This document shows positions 10,204-20,293 of a stretch of DNA of 64,000 nucleotides, piece after piece (positions within the stretch are counted from its first letter, which is position 1; every line of letters starts with the position of its first letter). Under the pieces are notes generated by a model. The model saw nothing but the letters and a program-made list of their open reading frames with translations. It searched no databases and had not been told where the DNA came from. The stretch spans positions 544,001-608,000 of the forward strand of contig CAVVYR010000007.1 in assembly GCA_963752475.1 (NCBI GenBank), given 5' to 3'. This DNA comes from an uncultured Chloroflexia bacterium (lineage in GTDB: Bacteria; Chloroflexota; Limnocylindria; Limnocylindrales; CSP1-4). The translations under genes and the position numbers were made by a program.

Positions 10204-11955
10204 ATGTCCACCTCTTCAGCGGCTAGTACGAGCCGGCGCAGCGTCGCGCGCTGGACCGTCGCCGCCATCGCCACCGGCGCACTCGTCGTCTCGGGATCGG
10301 GGCTCGTCGCCTTCGCCCAGAGTGGCGCCGGTGAGTCCCAGGGTCCCGCTTTCGTGCCAGCCGATGCGGCCGGGTACGTCGAGGTGCGTCTGGATATGCC
10401 CGGCGGCCAGGCCGAGGCCTTGGCCGAGATGATGACGGCCTTCCCCGGGTTCGCCGATCCCGGCAGCTTCGACATGAAGGTCGACGAGCTTCTCGGCGGG
10501 TTCAGCTCACAGCTGGGTGTAGCCCTGCCCGAAGGCGACCTCTTCGGCGATGTATTGACCGGCGAGATCGGACTCGCACTCGCCGACCTTGACACGCTCA
10601 TGATGGGTGGCGACCCCTCCATGGTCATCGGACTCGCGCTGGCTGACGCGGAAGCCGCTGGCGGCGTCATGGAGGCCCTCATGGCCAACAGCCCGGAGAC
10701 CGTGACCGAGTCCTCCTACAACGACGTCACCATCCACACCGACACCAGCTCGACCCCGCCGATGAGCGTGGCCATGCACGCCGGCTGGATGATCATGGGC
10801 ACGGGTGAGGCCATGGTCCAGAGCTCCATCGATGTCCTCGATGGCGCGGCCCCCGGTCTGGCCGATGAGCCTGACTTCGCCGCGGCCTGGGACCGCCTGC
10901 CCGATGCCCGCCTGGCCGCCGCCTACATCGACTTCGCACCCTTCGCGGGACTGCTGGACATGGCCACGATGATGGCGGCTGGCGAGACCGGTATGGACTT
11001 GCCGACTGCAGACATCGCTGGCATCCTGCCGGTCGACCTCACCGCTGCGCTCGTGGCAGACACCGATCGCCTGACGCTGGAAGCCATCGTGACGCCCGGT
11101 GCGATGGCCCCGCCCCAGACGATGAGTGACTCGGATCTTGCACTGAGCTTCCCCGCTGACACGCAGATCTACTTCGAGACGCGCGAGTTCGGCGCGTCGG
11201 TCGAGATGGCCCTCGATGGCGTCGCGGAACTGCTGGCCGCTCAGGCGATGGCCGAGGGCACGGTCGATCCCAGCGACCCGATGGCCATGTTCACGGACCC
11301 GGAGGCGCTGTTCGGTGAGGACAGCCCGATCGCTGCTCAGCTCGGAGCCCCGCTGCCTCAGCTCCTCGACTTCGTTTCTGACGCCGCCGTCGGTGTCGGC
11401 CTGAGCTCCGATGGGGCCTGGCTGGGCATCGCCGGTGAGGTCAACGACGCTGCCGCGGCGGATGACCGCGTCGGCATGATCCTGGGGCTGCTCACGTTCC
11501 TGACGGCCATGGACGAGACGAGCACCGTGGTGGTCGAGAGAGAGATGATCGGTGACGTCGAAGTCACCAGCATCACCTTGCCGCTGGATGACGCGCTCTC
11601 GCAGGGCGGTGTCCCGATGGAGGTCGGCGACACCATCAGTGTGGCGCTCACCGACGATACGCTCCTGATCGGCTTGGGTGACTTCGTCCAGTCGGCGCTT
11701 CTCGCTGAGGGCACAGACTCGCTCGGCACCAGCGCCGGCTACGTCGACGCCCTTGGGGACCAGGTTCCCAACAGCGGTGTGGCCTACGTGAACCTCGGTT
11801 CGCTCCTCACCGTCCTCGATCCCATGGTCGGGGCGATGACGCCCGAGTGGGCTGCGATCCAGCCCTTCGCCGCCGGTCTGGATCGGATCATGGCGGTGGG
11901 TATCGGCGACGATGACCTCGACGGCGTGCGTATCCAGGTGATCGTCGGCCAGTAA
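10204..11955 (+). CDS. exported acidic protein, DUF3352-like
   Basis: SD GGAGG before ATG 10204; N-terminal signal/TM; repeated 'FVPAD/FPAD..Y' halves; family call from memory. Confidence 0.6.
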   Translation: MSTSSAASTSRRSVARWTVAAIATGALVVSGSGLVAFAQSGAGESQGPAFVPADAAGYVEVRLDMPGGQAEALAEMMTAFPGFADPGSFDMKVDELLGGFSSQLGVALPEGDLFGDVLTGEIGLALADLDTLMMGGDPSMVIGLALADAEAAGGVMEALMANSPETVTESSYNDVTIHTDTSSTPPMSVAMHAGWMIMGTGEAMVQSSIDVLDGAAPGLADEPDFAAAWDRLPDARLAAAYIDFAPFAGLLDMATMMAAGETGMDLPTADIAGILPVDLTAALVADTDRLTLEAIVTPGAMAPPQTMSDSDLALSFPADTQIYFETREFGASVEMALDGVAELLAAQAMAEGTVDPSDPMAMFTDPEALFGEDSPIAAQLGAPLPQLLDFVSDAAVGVGLSSDGAWLGIAGEVNDAAAADDRVGMILGLLTFLTAMDETSTVVVEREMIGDVEVTSITLPLDDALSQGGVPMEVGDTISVALTDDTLLIGLGDFVQSALLAEGTDSLGTSAGYVDALGDQVPNSGVAYVNLGSLLTVLDPMVGAMTPEWAAIQPFAAGLDRIMAVGIGDDDLDGVRIQVIVGQ

Positions 11956-12071
11956 CCATCCAAAACGCGGTACCATTCGCCGGGCATCGCAGAGCGGTGC
12001 CCGGCGTTCCATGCCCGCGGGACATCACCATCGCGGCAACGCCATCGCCCCATAGGAGGTCTCCGAACACC

Positions 12072-12326
12072 TTGGCAGTCCGAATCCGTCTCACCAGAGT
12101 CGGCGCGACCAAGCAGCCCAGCTACCGCTTCGTCGTCGCCGATAGCCGTGCCGCCCGTGACGGCCACAACATCGACACGCTCGGTCACTACAATCCCCGC
12201 TCCGAGCCGGTCGAGATCAACGTCGACGCCGAGAAGGCAACGAAGTGGATGTCGCAGGGCGCCAAGCCCTCCGCCACCGTCGAGCGCCTCTTTCGCCAGG
12301 TCGGCATCCTGCCTGACGCCAAGTAA
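12072..12326 (+). CDS. rpsP: 30S ribosomal protein S16
   Basis: TTG start; AVRIRLTRVGATKQPSYRFVVADSR..RDG..LGHYNP. Confidence 0.97.
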   Translation: MAVRIRLTRVGATKQPSYRFVVADSRAARDGHNIDTLGHYNPRSEPVEINVDAEKATKWMSQGAKPSATVERLFRQVGILPDAK

Positions 12327-12328
12327 CG

Positions 12329-12562
12329 ATGGCTGCAGTCGAGCTGGTCACGTACGTGGCCAAGTCCCTTGTCGATGACCCCGATGCGGTCAGCGTCGAG
12401 GTCCATGAAGAAGACGGCGGCCAGGTCATCGAGCTTTCGGTGGCCGAGGACGATATGGGCAAGGTCATCGGCCGCAACGGCTCTGTGGCGAAGGCCCTGC
12501 GCACGCTGCTGAAGGTCGTCGCCACGCGCGACGGCCAGCCCATCAGTTTGGAGATCGTCTAG
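12329..12562 (+). CDS. khpA: KH-domain RNA-binding protein KhpA
   Basis: DMGKVIGRNGSVAKALR; position between rpsP and rimM. Confidence 0.93.
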   Translation: MAAVELVTYVAKSLVDDPDAVSVEVHEEDGGQVIELSVAEDDMGKVIGRNGSVAKALRTLLKVVATRDGQPISLEIV

Positions 12563-12568
12563 CCAGAC

Positions 12569-13234
12569 GTGACGACGCCCGCCGAGGAGCGCGTCGCGGT
12601 CGGGCTCGTGCATGGATTTCACGGGCTGCGGGGCGCGGTCCGTATCGAAGTCCTCTCCGACGAGCCCCATCGCTTCGACGTCGGCTCGGTGCTGTTCGTC
12701 GAGGGTGACGACCAGCCTCTGACCATCGCCTGGACAGGCCCGGCCAAGCCGGGCCTGCTGGTGCGTTTCGAGGGTCTCTCGACTCGCGAGTCCGTGGAGC
12801 ATCTGCGCCGTCGCTACCTCGAAGTCGCCCAGGAGCCGCTGCCCGAGGGCACGTACTACTGGCACCAGATCAAGGGCATGGCGGCGGTGACCACCGAGGG
12901 CGTCGACCTGGGTACGGTCGTCGATGTCTTCCGCGCAGGTGACGGCGAGGTCTATGTCGTGCGCGGCGGGACGCTGGGCGAGGTCCTGATTCCCGCAGTC
13001 TCGAGCGTGGTCGTCGAGCTGGACGTCGACGCTGGTCGACTCGTGGTCGATGCGGTCGCGCTCGATCTGCCCACGAAGCCGCCCCGACGGCGCCGACGCC
13101 ACGAGGTCACCCGCCGCTCGCGCAAGGAAGCGCGTACCGCCAAGGCCAGAACGAAGGCCAAGCCTCGCGCTGACTCGACTGCGCCGTCGGACTCCGTCAC
13201 ATCGGACTCCGACGCGCCAGAGGAGGGGAGCTGA
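12569..13234 (+). CDS. rimM: ribosome maturation factor RimM with Arg-rich C-terminal tail
   Basis: HGLRGAVRI, LPEGTYYWHQIKG, EVLIP; synteny. Confidence 0.93.
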   Translation: MTTPAEERVAVGLVHGFHGLRGAVRIEVLSDEPHRFDVGSVLFVEGDDQPLTIAWTGPAKPGLLVRFEGLSTRESVEHLRRRYLEVAQEPLPEGTYYWHQIKGMAAVTTEGVDLGTVVDVFRAGDGEVYVVRGGTLGEVLIPAVSSVVVELDVDAGRLVVDAVALDLPTKPPRRRRRHEVTRRSRKEARTAKARTKAKPRADSTAPSDSVTSDSDAPEEGS

Positions 13235-13923
13235 TGCGTATCGACGTGATCAGTCTCTTCCCCTCGGTCTTCCCGGGCCCCTTGGCCGAATCCATCCCCG
13301 GCCGTGCCCTCGCTCAGGGGCTGGCGGAGCTGCATGCCCACGACCTGCGCGCATGGGGCATCGGCAAGCACCGCTCCGTCGACGACTACCCCTATGGCGG
13401 AGGTGCCGGCATGGTCTTGCGTCCCGAGCCGGTGGCCGAGGCGCTTGACGCGGTCGCGCCGTCGGACTCCGGTGCCTTCCGCATCCTGCTCGATCCCGGG
13501 GGTGAGCCCTTCCGCCAGGCGCGAGCCCAGGATCTCTCGGAGCGCGAGCACCTCGTCTTCATCTGCCCCCGCTACGAGGGCATCGACGACCGCGTGCGCT
13601 CGTTCGTCGACCTCGAGCTGTCGGTGGGCGATTTCGTCGTCTCCGGCGGCGAGATCCCCGCGCTCATCGTCATCGATGCCGTGCTGCGACTCCTACCCGG
13701 CGCCATCGAGGATGATTCGACCGAGGACGAGTCGTTCAGCGCCGGTCTGCTGGAGTACCCGCAGTGGACCCGTCCGCCGGAGTTCCGGGGCCTGTCGGTG
13801 CCGGAGATCCTGACCAGCGGCGACCACGGTGCGGTCGATGCGTGGCGCCATGAGCAGGCGTTCGAGCGCACCCGTAGGAGCCGTCCGGACCTGCTCAGCG
13901 AGGACGATCTCACGAGCGACTGA
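13234..13923 (+). CDS. trmD: tRNA (guanine37-N1)-methyltransferase
   Basis: VDDYPYGGGAGMV, RYEGIDDR, SVGDFVVSGGE, LLEYPQWTRP. Confidence 0.97.
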   Translation: MRIDVISLFPSVFPGPLAESIPGRALAQGLAELHAHDLRAWGIGKHRSVDDYPYGGGAGMVLRPEPVAEALDAVAPSDSGAFRILLDPGGEPFRQARAQDLSEREHLVFICPRYEGIDDRVRSFVDLELSVGDFVVSGGEIPALIVIDAVLRLLPGAIEDDSTEDESFSAGLLEYPQWTRPPEFRGLSVPEILTSGDHGAVDAWRHEQAFERTRRSRPDLLSEDDLTSD

Positions 13924-14034
13924 GCGATCACACGCCTGACCGGCCCTACCCGACCATGGGTCTGGTCGGCGCGGCCGGCGACGACTCCACCCCCGGGCTC
14001 TGCTCGTGGCCGCTAGGTGCGGCCGGTCCGTCGA

Positions 14035-15054
14035 TCAGTCGAGGAACTCCACGTCGATGAAGAAGTCATCGATGGCCGGTCTCTGTGCCAGCGACATCTC
14101 GATCCTATAGGCCGGGTCCGGGTCGCTCGCGGACTCTTTGACGAAGAGGTCATCAGTCCCATCCCCGGGAGGCCCCGCATCGGTGATTTCGGCGAACAGG
14201 ACGCCGCTCTCGGTGTAACCCTCGTACCTGGTCTCACTCTGGTGCCACGTGTGTTCGTAGCCGAGGTCGGAGGTAACGGTCACCGTCCTCGCGGGCTGCG
14301 GGACGGTGTCGTCGGATACGACTGTGTGGGTCTTCCTGCCCCACTCTCCGAAGTCCTCGGGTCCCGGCGAGAAGTGAAGCGGGAACTTGCCCATGATGAT
14401 CTGGTCACCGGCGTCCACGCCGTTGCCATCGGTGTCGACGAGCTTGGCGATGAGCACGTCGCCCTCGCCGTACTGGTGATCGCGCACGAGGTCGGCATAG
14501 GCGATAGCAAGGGTCCTGGGTGCCGGCGGGGAGTACACCGCCGTCGGCAGCTCGCAGCGGACGAGCGGGCCATGGCCGGTGTTCTGGTAGCAGGCATCGA
14601 CGCCGACGCCACCATCGAGCTTGTCGGAGCCGGCACCACCGAAGAGGATGTCCGGTCCGGCCTGTCCTGCGAGGACGTCGTTCTGCTGACCCCCGAAGAG
14701 CCGGTCCACACCGGCCTGGCCGAAGAGGCGGTCCCGGCCCGTCTGGCCGAGCAGCTTGTCGTGTCCGGCGCCACCGGCGATGCGGTCGTTGCCCGCGCCA
14801 CCGCAGATGACGTCGTTGCCGCCACGGCCGATGATGATGTCGCTGCCCCCGAGCCCGGCGATGATGTCCCGCCGCGCGGTGCCGCGGATGACGTCGGCCC
14901 TGGCGGTACCGACCTTCGTGGCCACCTTGCCGTCGCACTTGACCACGCGTTCCTTGTTGGCGGCGACCTCGGGGTCGGCGGCGAGGGAGTTGGTCGCCAG
15001 TGCCGCGGTGAGGACCGTGGAGACGATGATGGTGATGGTCCGTCTGCCGGTCAC
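14035..15054 (-). CDS. secreted calcium-binding protein with RTX (GGxGxD) nonapeptide repeats
   Basis: Signal peptide, then about 10 GxxGxDxL/I repeats flanked by Cys; unknown C-terminal domain. Confidence 0.85.
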   Translation of the reverse strand: MTGRRTITIIVSTVLTAALATNSLAADPEVAANKERVVKCDGKVATKVGTARADVIRGTARRDIIAGLGGSDIIIGRGGNDVICGGAGNDRIAGGAGHDKLLGQTGRDRLFGQAGVDRLFGGQQNDVLAGQAGPDILFGGAGSDKLDGGVGVDACYQNTGHGPLVRCELPTAVYSPPAPRTLAIAYADLVRDHQYGEGDVLIAKLVDTDGNGVDAGDQIIMGKFPLHFSPGPEDFGEWGRKTHTVVSDDTVPQPARTVTVTSDLGYEHTWHQSETRYEGYTESGVLFAEITDAGPPGDGTDDLFVKESASDPDPAYRIEMSLAQRPAIDDFFIDVEFLD

Positions 15055-15271
15055 GCTTCTACCCCCTGCTGTGCGCCCAGCCGGACGAAGGTCCGCCTGT
15101 GCCTCTGGATTGTCTCGCGCGTGGCAAGCGAGTAGGCAACCGCTCGCAGGCTCTGGCAGCCACTCTCGAGGAGCCTGCTATACTCCGCCATCGACCCAGA
15201 TAGCCGACCCCGCCTATGCATGCCCGCCGCACGGCGCGGCGCAGGCAACAGCACGCCAGGAAGTGACCACC

Positions 15272-15616
15272 GTGACCGTCCTCGACGAGATCGTCGCCGA
15301 TCAGATCCGTACCGACCTCCCGGAGATCCAGCCCGGTGACACCGTGCGTGTCGCCGTCAAGGTCGTCGAGGGCAATCGCGAGCGCATCCAGGTCTTCGAG
15401 GGCACCGTCATGCGTATGCGTGGCGGCGGCATCACGCGCTCCATCACCGTTCGCGCCCTGCGCAGCGGCGTGGGTGTCGAGCGAACCTTCAAGGTCAACT
15501 CGCCTCGTATCGACAGGATCGAGGTCGTGCGCCACGGCGTCGTCCGCCGTAAGCAGCTCTACTTCCTGCGCAAGCGCGTGGGCAAGGCCGCTTCCCTACG
15601 CGAGCGCCGCGCCTAG
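15272..15616 (+). CDS. rplS: 50S ribosomal protein L19
   Basis: [38 protein letters not shown]; GTG 15272; TATACT at 15179-15184. Confidence 0.97.
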   Translation: MTVLDEIVADQIRTDLPEIQPGDTVRVAVKVVEGNRERIQVFEGTVMRMRGGGITRSITVRALRSGVGVERTFKVNSPRIDRIEVVRHGVVRRKQLYFLRKRVGKAASLRERRA

Positions 15617-15702
15617 GATCTCGCCGGCGATCTTCGAGGCCGCCAGCACATCTCCACCGACCACACCCCGCGCCGCGGCATGCCCGGCGCTAGCATCGGG
15701 TC

Positions 15703-16425
15703 GTGCCACCCCGAGTGCCCCACCTCAAGGCCGAATACGCGCTCTGGAGCGCCGGCAAGCGCCTGGTCGTGGGCGTGGACGAGGTCGGCACCGGGCCGCT
15801 GTGCGGTCCGGTCGTGGCCGCCGCAGTGCTGGTCAAGCCGCACACCCGCAAGATCAAGGGAGTGCGAGACTCCAAGACCCTGAGCGCAGCCCAACGCGAC
15901 CGTGTCGTCGAGCAGATCAAGGAGCGCGCCTTGGCCTGGGGTATCGGTGCAGCCTCGGTCGCCGAGATCGAGCGCCTCAACATCCGCAACGCCGCGGCCC
16001 TGGCCATGCGTCGCGCGCTGCGTCGGCTGCCGCCGTACGACCACGTGCTCATCGACGGTCAGAAGATCACTGGCATCGAAGAGCACATCGGGCCGTACAC
16101 GCCCATCGTGAAGGGCGACGCGTCCTCCTACGCCATCGCCTGCGCCTCGGTCCTGGCCAAGGTCACTCGTGACCGGCTGATGGGCAACCTCGCCATCCGC
16201 TACCCCGGGTATGGCTGGGAGCACAACGCCGGCTACGCCACTCGCGACCACGTGGCTGGGCTCCTGGAGCACGGCGTCAGCCCACATCACCGCCGGACGT
16301 TCCAGCGCATCCGCGGCATCCTCGAGGGCGACCAGCTCGCCTTCGAGCTCGGTGGCGGACCGGTCGATGCGTCCGGGGCAGGGGAGGACGAAGCCGCGGT
16401 GCAGCCGAAGGTGAGCGGCGCCTAA
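15703..16425 (+). CDS. rnhB: ribonuclease HII
   Basis: GVDEVGTGPLCGPVVAAA, VRDSKTL, LIDG, VKGD...IACASVLAKVTRD. Confidence 0.96.
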   Translation: MPPRVPHLKAEYALWSAGKRLVVGVDEVGTGPLCGPVVAAAVLVKPHTRKIKGVRDSKTLSAAQRDRVVEQIKERALAWGIGAASVAEIERLNIRNAAALAMRRALRRLPPYDHVLIDGQKITGIEEHIGPYTPIVKGDASSYAIACASVLAKVTRDRLMGNLAIRYPGYGWEHNAGYATRDHVAGLLEHGVSPHHRRTFQRIRGILEGDQLAFELGGGPVDASGAGEDEAAVQPKVSGA

Positions 16426-16448
16426 GCGCCCGCGAGCACGATGCGTGC

Positions 16449-16838
16449 ATGCTGCCCCAAGGACGACTACCTTCCGGACCACGGGGACGAACGGGTGCTT
16501 CGGCCGAGGCTGCTGCTGCGGCCCACCTCGAGGCGCTCGGTTGGGTCGTCCTCGGTCGCAACCTGCGTGTCGATGGCGTGGAGCTCGATATCGTGGGACG
16601 GCCTCCGGAGCCGGAGTCGTGCCTGGTCATCGTGGAGGTTCGGGCGCGGAGTGGCCCCGGCTTCGGGTCGGCGCTCGAGTCGGTCGACGGCCGCAAGGTG
16701 GCCCGGCTCTATCGGGCGGCGCTCAGGCTCGGGCGTGCCACCGATGCGTCGCGGGTCGACCTGATGGCGCTGCGACGAACACCATCGGGCGAGTGGGAAG
16801 TCGAGCAGCACCTGCAGGGTCTTGAGCCGCCGGGCTGA
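16449..16838 (+). CDS. YraN (UPF0102) family protein
   Basis: G..AE..A..HL...G..VLGRN, ELDIV, IVEVRAR; follows rnhB. Confidence 0.88.
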   Translation: MLPQGRLPSGPRGRTGASAEAAAAAHLEALGWVVLGRNLRVDGVELDIVGRPPEPESCLVIVEVRARSGPGFGSALESVDGRKVARLYRAALRLGRATDASRVDLMALRRTPSGEWEVEQHLQGLEPPG

Positions 16839-17116
16839 TGCCGGCCCAGGGCCAGCCTCGCTCGCCGCCGATCCCGTGGTGGCTGGACTCGGCGACATCG
16901 ACGGCGAAGTGCTTGGTTCGAGCCTCCGGGAGGCTGGGAACGTCACGCCTGGCCTCCAGCAGGCTGAGATCGTGCACTTCGGCTGCAGGCTGGTCGGCTT
17001 CAGCCGCAGGAGGATGAGCGACGAGTGGGCCCCAGCACGGGGCCAAATCCGGTGTTCATGGTAGATTGTCGCGGGCTCGTCTGACGAGTCCACCCGAGCG
17101 CAGCGTCCGCTGCGTA

Positions 17117-17206
17117 TCACACACGCGTGCCGCTCCCTGTGGAGGTGCCGACGACCAGTCATGGCCGCCGGTCCGCAGGCCACGAGGCAACGCGGAGGAA
17201 GAACCG
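17117..17206 (+). promoter_or_regulatory. rpsB leader (S2 autoregulatory, t44-like RNA)
   Basis: ACACACGCG...GGAGGTGC...CGCGGAGGAAGAACC parallels the E. coli t44 leader (ACACACG...GGGGUGC...CGUGGAGGCAUAACC); extended -10 TGGTAGATT at 17059-17067. Confidence 0.75.
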
Positions 17207-17225
17207 TACAGGAGGTCCCTGCCCC

Positions 17226-18347
17226 ATGCCCCAGATCTCGATGCGCCAGCTGCTCGAGGCCGGTGTCCACTTCGGCCACCAGACCCGCCGCTGGAACCCG
17301 AAGATGAAGCCGTACATCTTCGCCGAGCGCAACGGCATCCACATCATCGACCTGGCCCAGACGGCCAGCCTGCTCCGTGAAGCGCTCGACTTCGTCACCG
17401 AGACCGTCGCGCACGGCGACTACGTCCTCTTCGTGGGTACCAAGAAGCAGGCCCAAGAGCCGATCCACGACGAGGCCACCCGCGCCGAGCAGCCCTACGT
17501 CAACCACCGCTGGCTGGGTGGCATGCTCACCAACTTCGTGACCATCCGCAAGCGCGTCGGTCTGCTCGATCAGCTGGAGGCACGCCAGACCAGCGGCGAC
17601 CTCGATCGCCTCTCGAAGAAGGAGGCCTCGCGGCTGACCGACGAGATGGCCCGCCTGCAGCTCAAGCTCGGTGGTGTGCGCAAGATGCGCCGCCTCCCCG
17701 GTGCCGTCTTCGTCGTCGACCCGCAACGCGAGAAGATCGCCGTGACCGAGGCCCGTCGTCTCGAGATCCCGGTCATCGCCACCGGCGACACCAACGTCGA
17801 CCCGGACATGATCGACTACATCATCCCCGCCAACGACGACGCTATCCGCTCCATCCGCCTGCTGTGCAAGATGGTCGCCGATGCCGCTATCGAGGGCATG
17901 GATCAGCGCCAGGCACGCACGGCTGACGAGACCCCCATCGTCGCCGACGTGAGCGACGCCGAGACTGCCAGTGACGAGATGGTGGCCAAGGTCGCCGCGG
18001 GTGGTACCTACAGCTTCGCGCCCGAGCCCGACGAGGACGAGGCAGTGCTGCCGGGTGAGGATGTCGCCGACGCCCCTGCCGAAGGCGCCAAGGCCGATGA
18101 GGCCCCCGCTGCCAAGGTCGATGAGGCCCCCGCTGCCAAGGCCGATGAGGCCCCCGCTGCCAAGGCCGATGAGGCCCCGGCGGAAGCTTCGGCTGCCGAG
18201 ACCCCTGCCGCTGAGGCTCCCGCTGCCAAGTCCGACGAGACCCCGGCGGAAGCCCCTGCCGAGAAGGCCCCCGAGGCTGCGGCCGAGCCGGCTGCCGCCG
18301 CTGATGACGACAAGAAGGACGAGGCTGCCGAGAAGGCCACCTCCTAG
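17226..18347 (+). CDS. rpsB: 30S ribosomal protein S2 with long acidic Ala/Pro-rich tail
   Basis: [40 protein letters not shown]; ATG 17226 after AGGAGG. Confidence 0.98.
   Translation: MPQISMRQLLEAGVHFGHQTRRWNPKMKPYIFAERNGIHIIDLAQTASLLREALDFVTETVAHGDYVLFVGTKKQAQEPIHDEATRAEQPYVNHRWLGGMLTNFVTIRKRVGLLDQLEARQTSGDLDRLSKKEASRLTDEMARLQLKLGGVRKMRRLPGAVFVVDPQREKIAVTEARRLEIPVIATGDTNVDPDMIDYIIPANDDAIRSIRLLCKMVADAAIEGMDQRQARTADETPIVADVSDAETASDEMVAKVAAGGTYSFAPEPDEDEAVLPGEDVADAPAEGAKADEAPAAKVDEAPAAKADEAPAAKADEAPAEASAAETPAAEAPAAKSDETPAEAPAEKAPEAAAEPAAAADDDKKDEAAEKATS
18087..18182 (+). repeat. 4 x 24-bp in-frame tandem repeat (AKADEAPA) in the rpsB tail
   Basis: gccaaggccgatgaggcccccgct x4 with minor variants. 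Confidence 0.92.
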
Positions 18348-18378
18348 CCCAGACAAGACGAAAGGGAAAGCCAAAGGC

Positions 18379-18978
18379 ATGGCAGAGATCACCGCCGCAC
18401 TGGTCAAGGACCTCCGCGACCGCACCGGTGCAGGCTTCATGGACTGCAAGAAGGCGTTGGCCGAGACCGATGGCGACATCGACGCGGCCATCGAGTACCT
18501 CAAGCAGAAGGGCGTCGCCAAGGCCGCCGGCAAGGCCGGCCGCGACGCGCGTGACGGTCTGGTCGCTTCGTATATCCACGCCGGCGGCAAGCTCGGCGTG
18601 CTCATCGAGGTCAACTCCGAGACCGACTTCGTGGCCCGCAACGAGGACTTCCAGAAGCTCGTCAGGGACATCGCCATGCAGGTCGCCGGCATGGCCCCCC
18701 AGTACGTGACCATCGACAGCATCCCCACCGAGGCCCTCGAGGCCAAGAAGTCCGAACTGCTCGCCGACGAGGCCACGCAGGGCAAGCCCGAGGAGATCCG
18801 CGAGCGGATCGTCGAGGGTCAGCTCAACAAGTGGTACAAGGAGGTCGTGCTCTACGAGCAGACCTTCCGCGACACCGAGATCACCGTGGGCGAGCTCGTG
18901 ACCGAAGCCGTTGCCCGCATCGGCGAGAACATCAGGGTCCGCCGCTTCGTCCGCTACCAGCTCGGCGAAGCGCTATGA
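18379..18978 (+). CDS. tsf: elongation factor Ts (short, 199 aa)
   Basis: [40 protein letters not shown]. Confidence 0.97.
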   Translation: MAEITAALVKDLRDRTGAGFMDCKKALAETDGDIDAAIEYLKQKGVAKAAGKAGRDARDGLVASYIHAGGKLGVLIEVNSETDFVARNEDFQKLVRDIAMQVAGMAPQYVTIDSIPTEALEAKKSELLADEATQGKPEEIRERIVEGQLNKWYKEVVLYEQTFRDTEITVGELVTEAVARIGENIRVRRFVRYQLGEAL

Positions 18979-19745
18979 CCGACGGCTCCGCCCGAGCCGT
19001 TGAGGTCGGGGCGCCCGGCGAGGGCGCCCGATTCGGCCGCATCCTGCTCAAGCTCTCGGGTGAGGCGCTGCTGGGCTCGCGTCAGTACGGCGTAGACCCG
19101 GAGAAGTGCGTGTTCATCGCGGAGCAGGTCCGCGCCGCGGTCGATCGCGGCGTGCAGGTCGCCATCGTCGTCGGTGGCGGCAACATCTTCCGGGGCTTGG
19201 CCGCATCCGCCAAGGGCATGGACCGAGCCACCGGCGACTACATGGGCATGCTGGCCACGGTCATGAACGGCCTGGCACTGCAGGACGCCATGGAGTCGGC
19301 CGGCATCGAGACCCGCGTCATGACCGCCATCGGCATGAACGAGGTCGCGGAGCCGTATATCCGTCGCCGTGCCGTGCGCCACCTCGACAAGGGGCGCGTG
19401 GTCATCCTGGCTGCCGGTACGGGCAACCCCTACTTCACCACCGATACCGCCGCCGCGCTGCGCGCCGTGGAGATCGGCGCTTCCGTGCTGCTCAAGGCCA
19501 CCAAGGTCGACGGCGTCTACACCGCCGACCCCGTCAAGGACAGCAGCGCCGAGCGCTTCGACCAGCTCACCTACACCGAGGTGCTGGCCAAGCGCCTGGC
19601 CGTGCTCGACTCGACGGCGACCAGCCTGTGCATGGACAATGAGATGCCGATCCTCGTGTTCGATATCAACAAGCAGGGCAACATCAGGCGGGCCGCGCTG
19701 GGCGAGCCCGTCGGAACGCTCATCCATGGAGGGACCGACGCATGA
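18975..19745 (+). CDS. pyrH: UMP kinase
   Basis: [27 protein letters not shown]; ATGA overlap. Confidence 0.97.
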   Translation: MTDGSARAVEVGAPGEGARFGRILLKLSGEALLGSRQYGVDPEKCVFIAEQVRAAVDRGVQVAIVVGGGNIFRGLAASAKGMDRATGDYMGMLATVMNGLALQDAMESAGIETRVMTAIGMNEVAEPYIRRRAVRHLDKGRVVILAAGTGNPYFTTDTAAALRAVEIGASVLLKATKVDGVYTADPVKDSSAERFDQLTYTEVLAKRLAVLDSTATSLCMDNEMPILVFDINKQGNIRRAALGEPVGTLIHGGTDA

Positions 19746-20293
19746 GCGACGCCAAGTCCGTCGAAGCCAAGATGTCCGATGCCGTCGAAGCGATGGACAA
19801 GGACTTCAACCACATCCGCACCGGTCGCGCCTCGACATCCCTCGTCGAACGCATCTCGGTCGACTACTACGGCACACAGACCCCGCTGAACCAGCTGGCC
19901 AGCATCAGCGTCCCGGAATCGACGACGCTGGTCATCCAGCCATGGGACCGCGGCGTGCTGGGGGCCGTGGAGAAGGCCATCCAGAAGTCCGACGTCGGCA
20001 TCACGCCCAACAACGACGGCACCGTCGTGCGCCTCAACATCCCGCCTCTCACCGAGGAGCGCCGCAAGGACCTCGTCAAGCAGGTCCACCAGCGGATGGA
20101 GGACACCAAGGTCGAGATCCGCAACCACCGGCGTGATGCGATGGACAGCATCAAGAAGCGCGAGAAGGACGGCGAGCTGGGCAACGACGAGGCTCATCGC
20201 GAGCAGGAAGCGCTGGAGAAGCTGACCCACAAGTGGACCGACGAGGTCGATCGCGTGGGCGCCGCCAAGGAGGCTGAGGTCCTCGAGGTCTAG
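19742..20293 (+). CDS. frr: ribosome recycling factor
   Basis: [30 protein letters not shown]. Confidence 0.97.
   Translation: MSDAKSVEAKMSDAVEAMDKDFNHIRTGRASTSLVERISVDYYGTQTPLNQLASISVPESTTLVIQPWDRGVLGAVEKAIQKSDVGITPNNDGTVVRLNIPPLTEERRKDLVKQVHQRMEDTKVEIRNHRRDAMDSIKKREKDGELGNDEAHREQEALEKLTHKWTDEVDRVGAAKEAEVLEV

Noticed and set aside
16449-16838. EVRAR instead of EVKxR in YraN as an inactive nuclease variant
   Set aside because: EVR occurs in ordinary YraN proteins
16839-17058. Possible short ORFs between yraN and the rpsB promoter
   Set aside because: No RBS, motif or consistent codon bias in either direction
18087-18182. Tandem repeats in rpsB, nusA and the ThDP gene as CRISPR arrays
   Set aside because: Contiguous in-frame repeats without spacers; no cas genes
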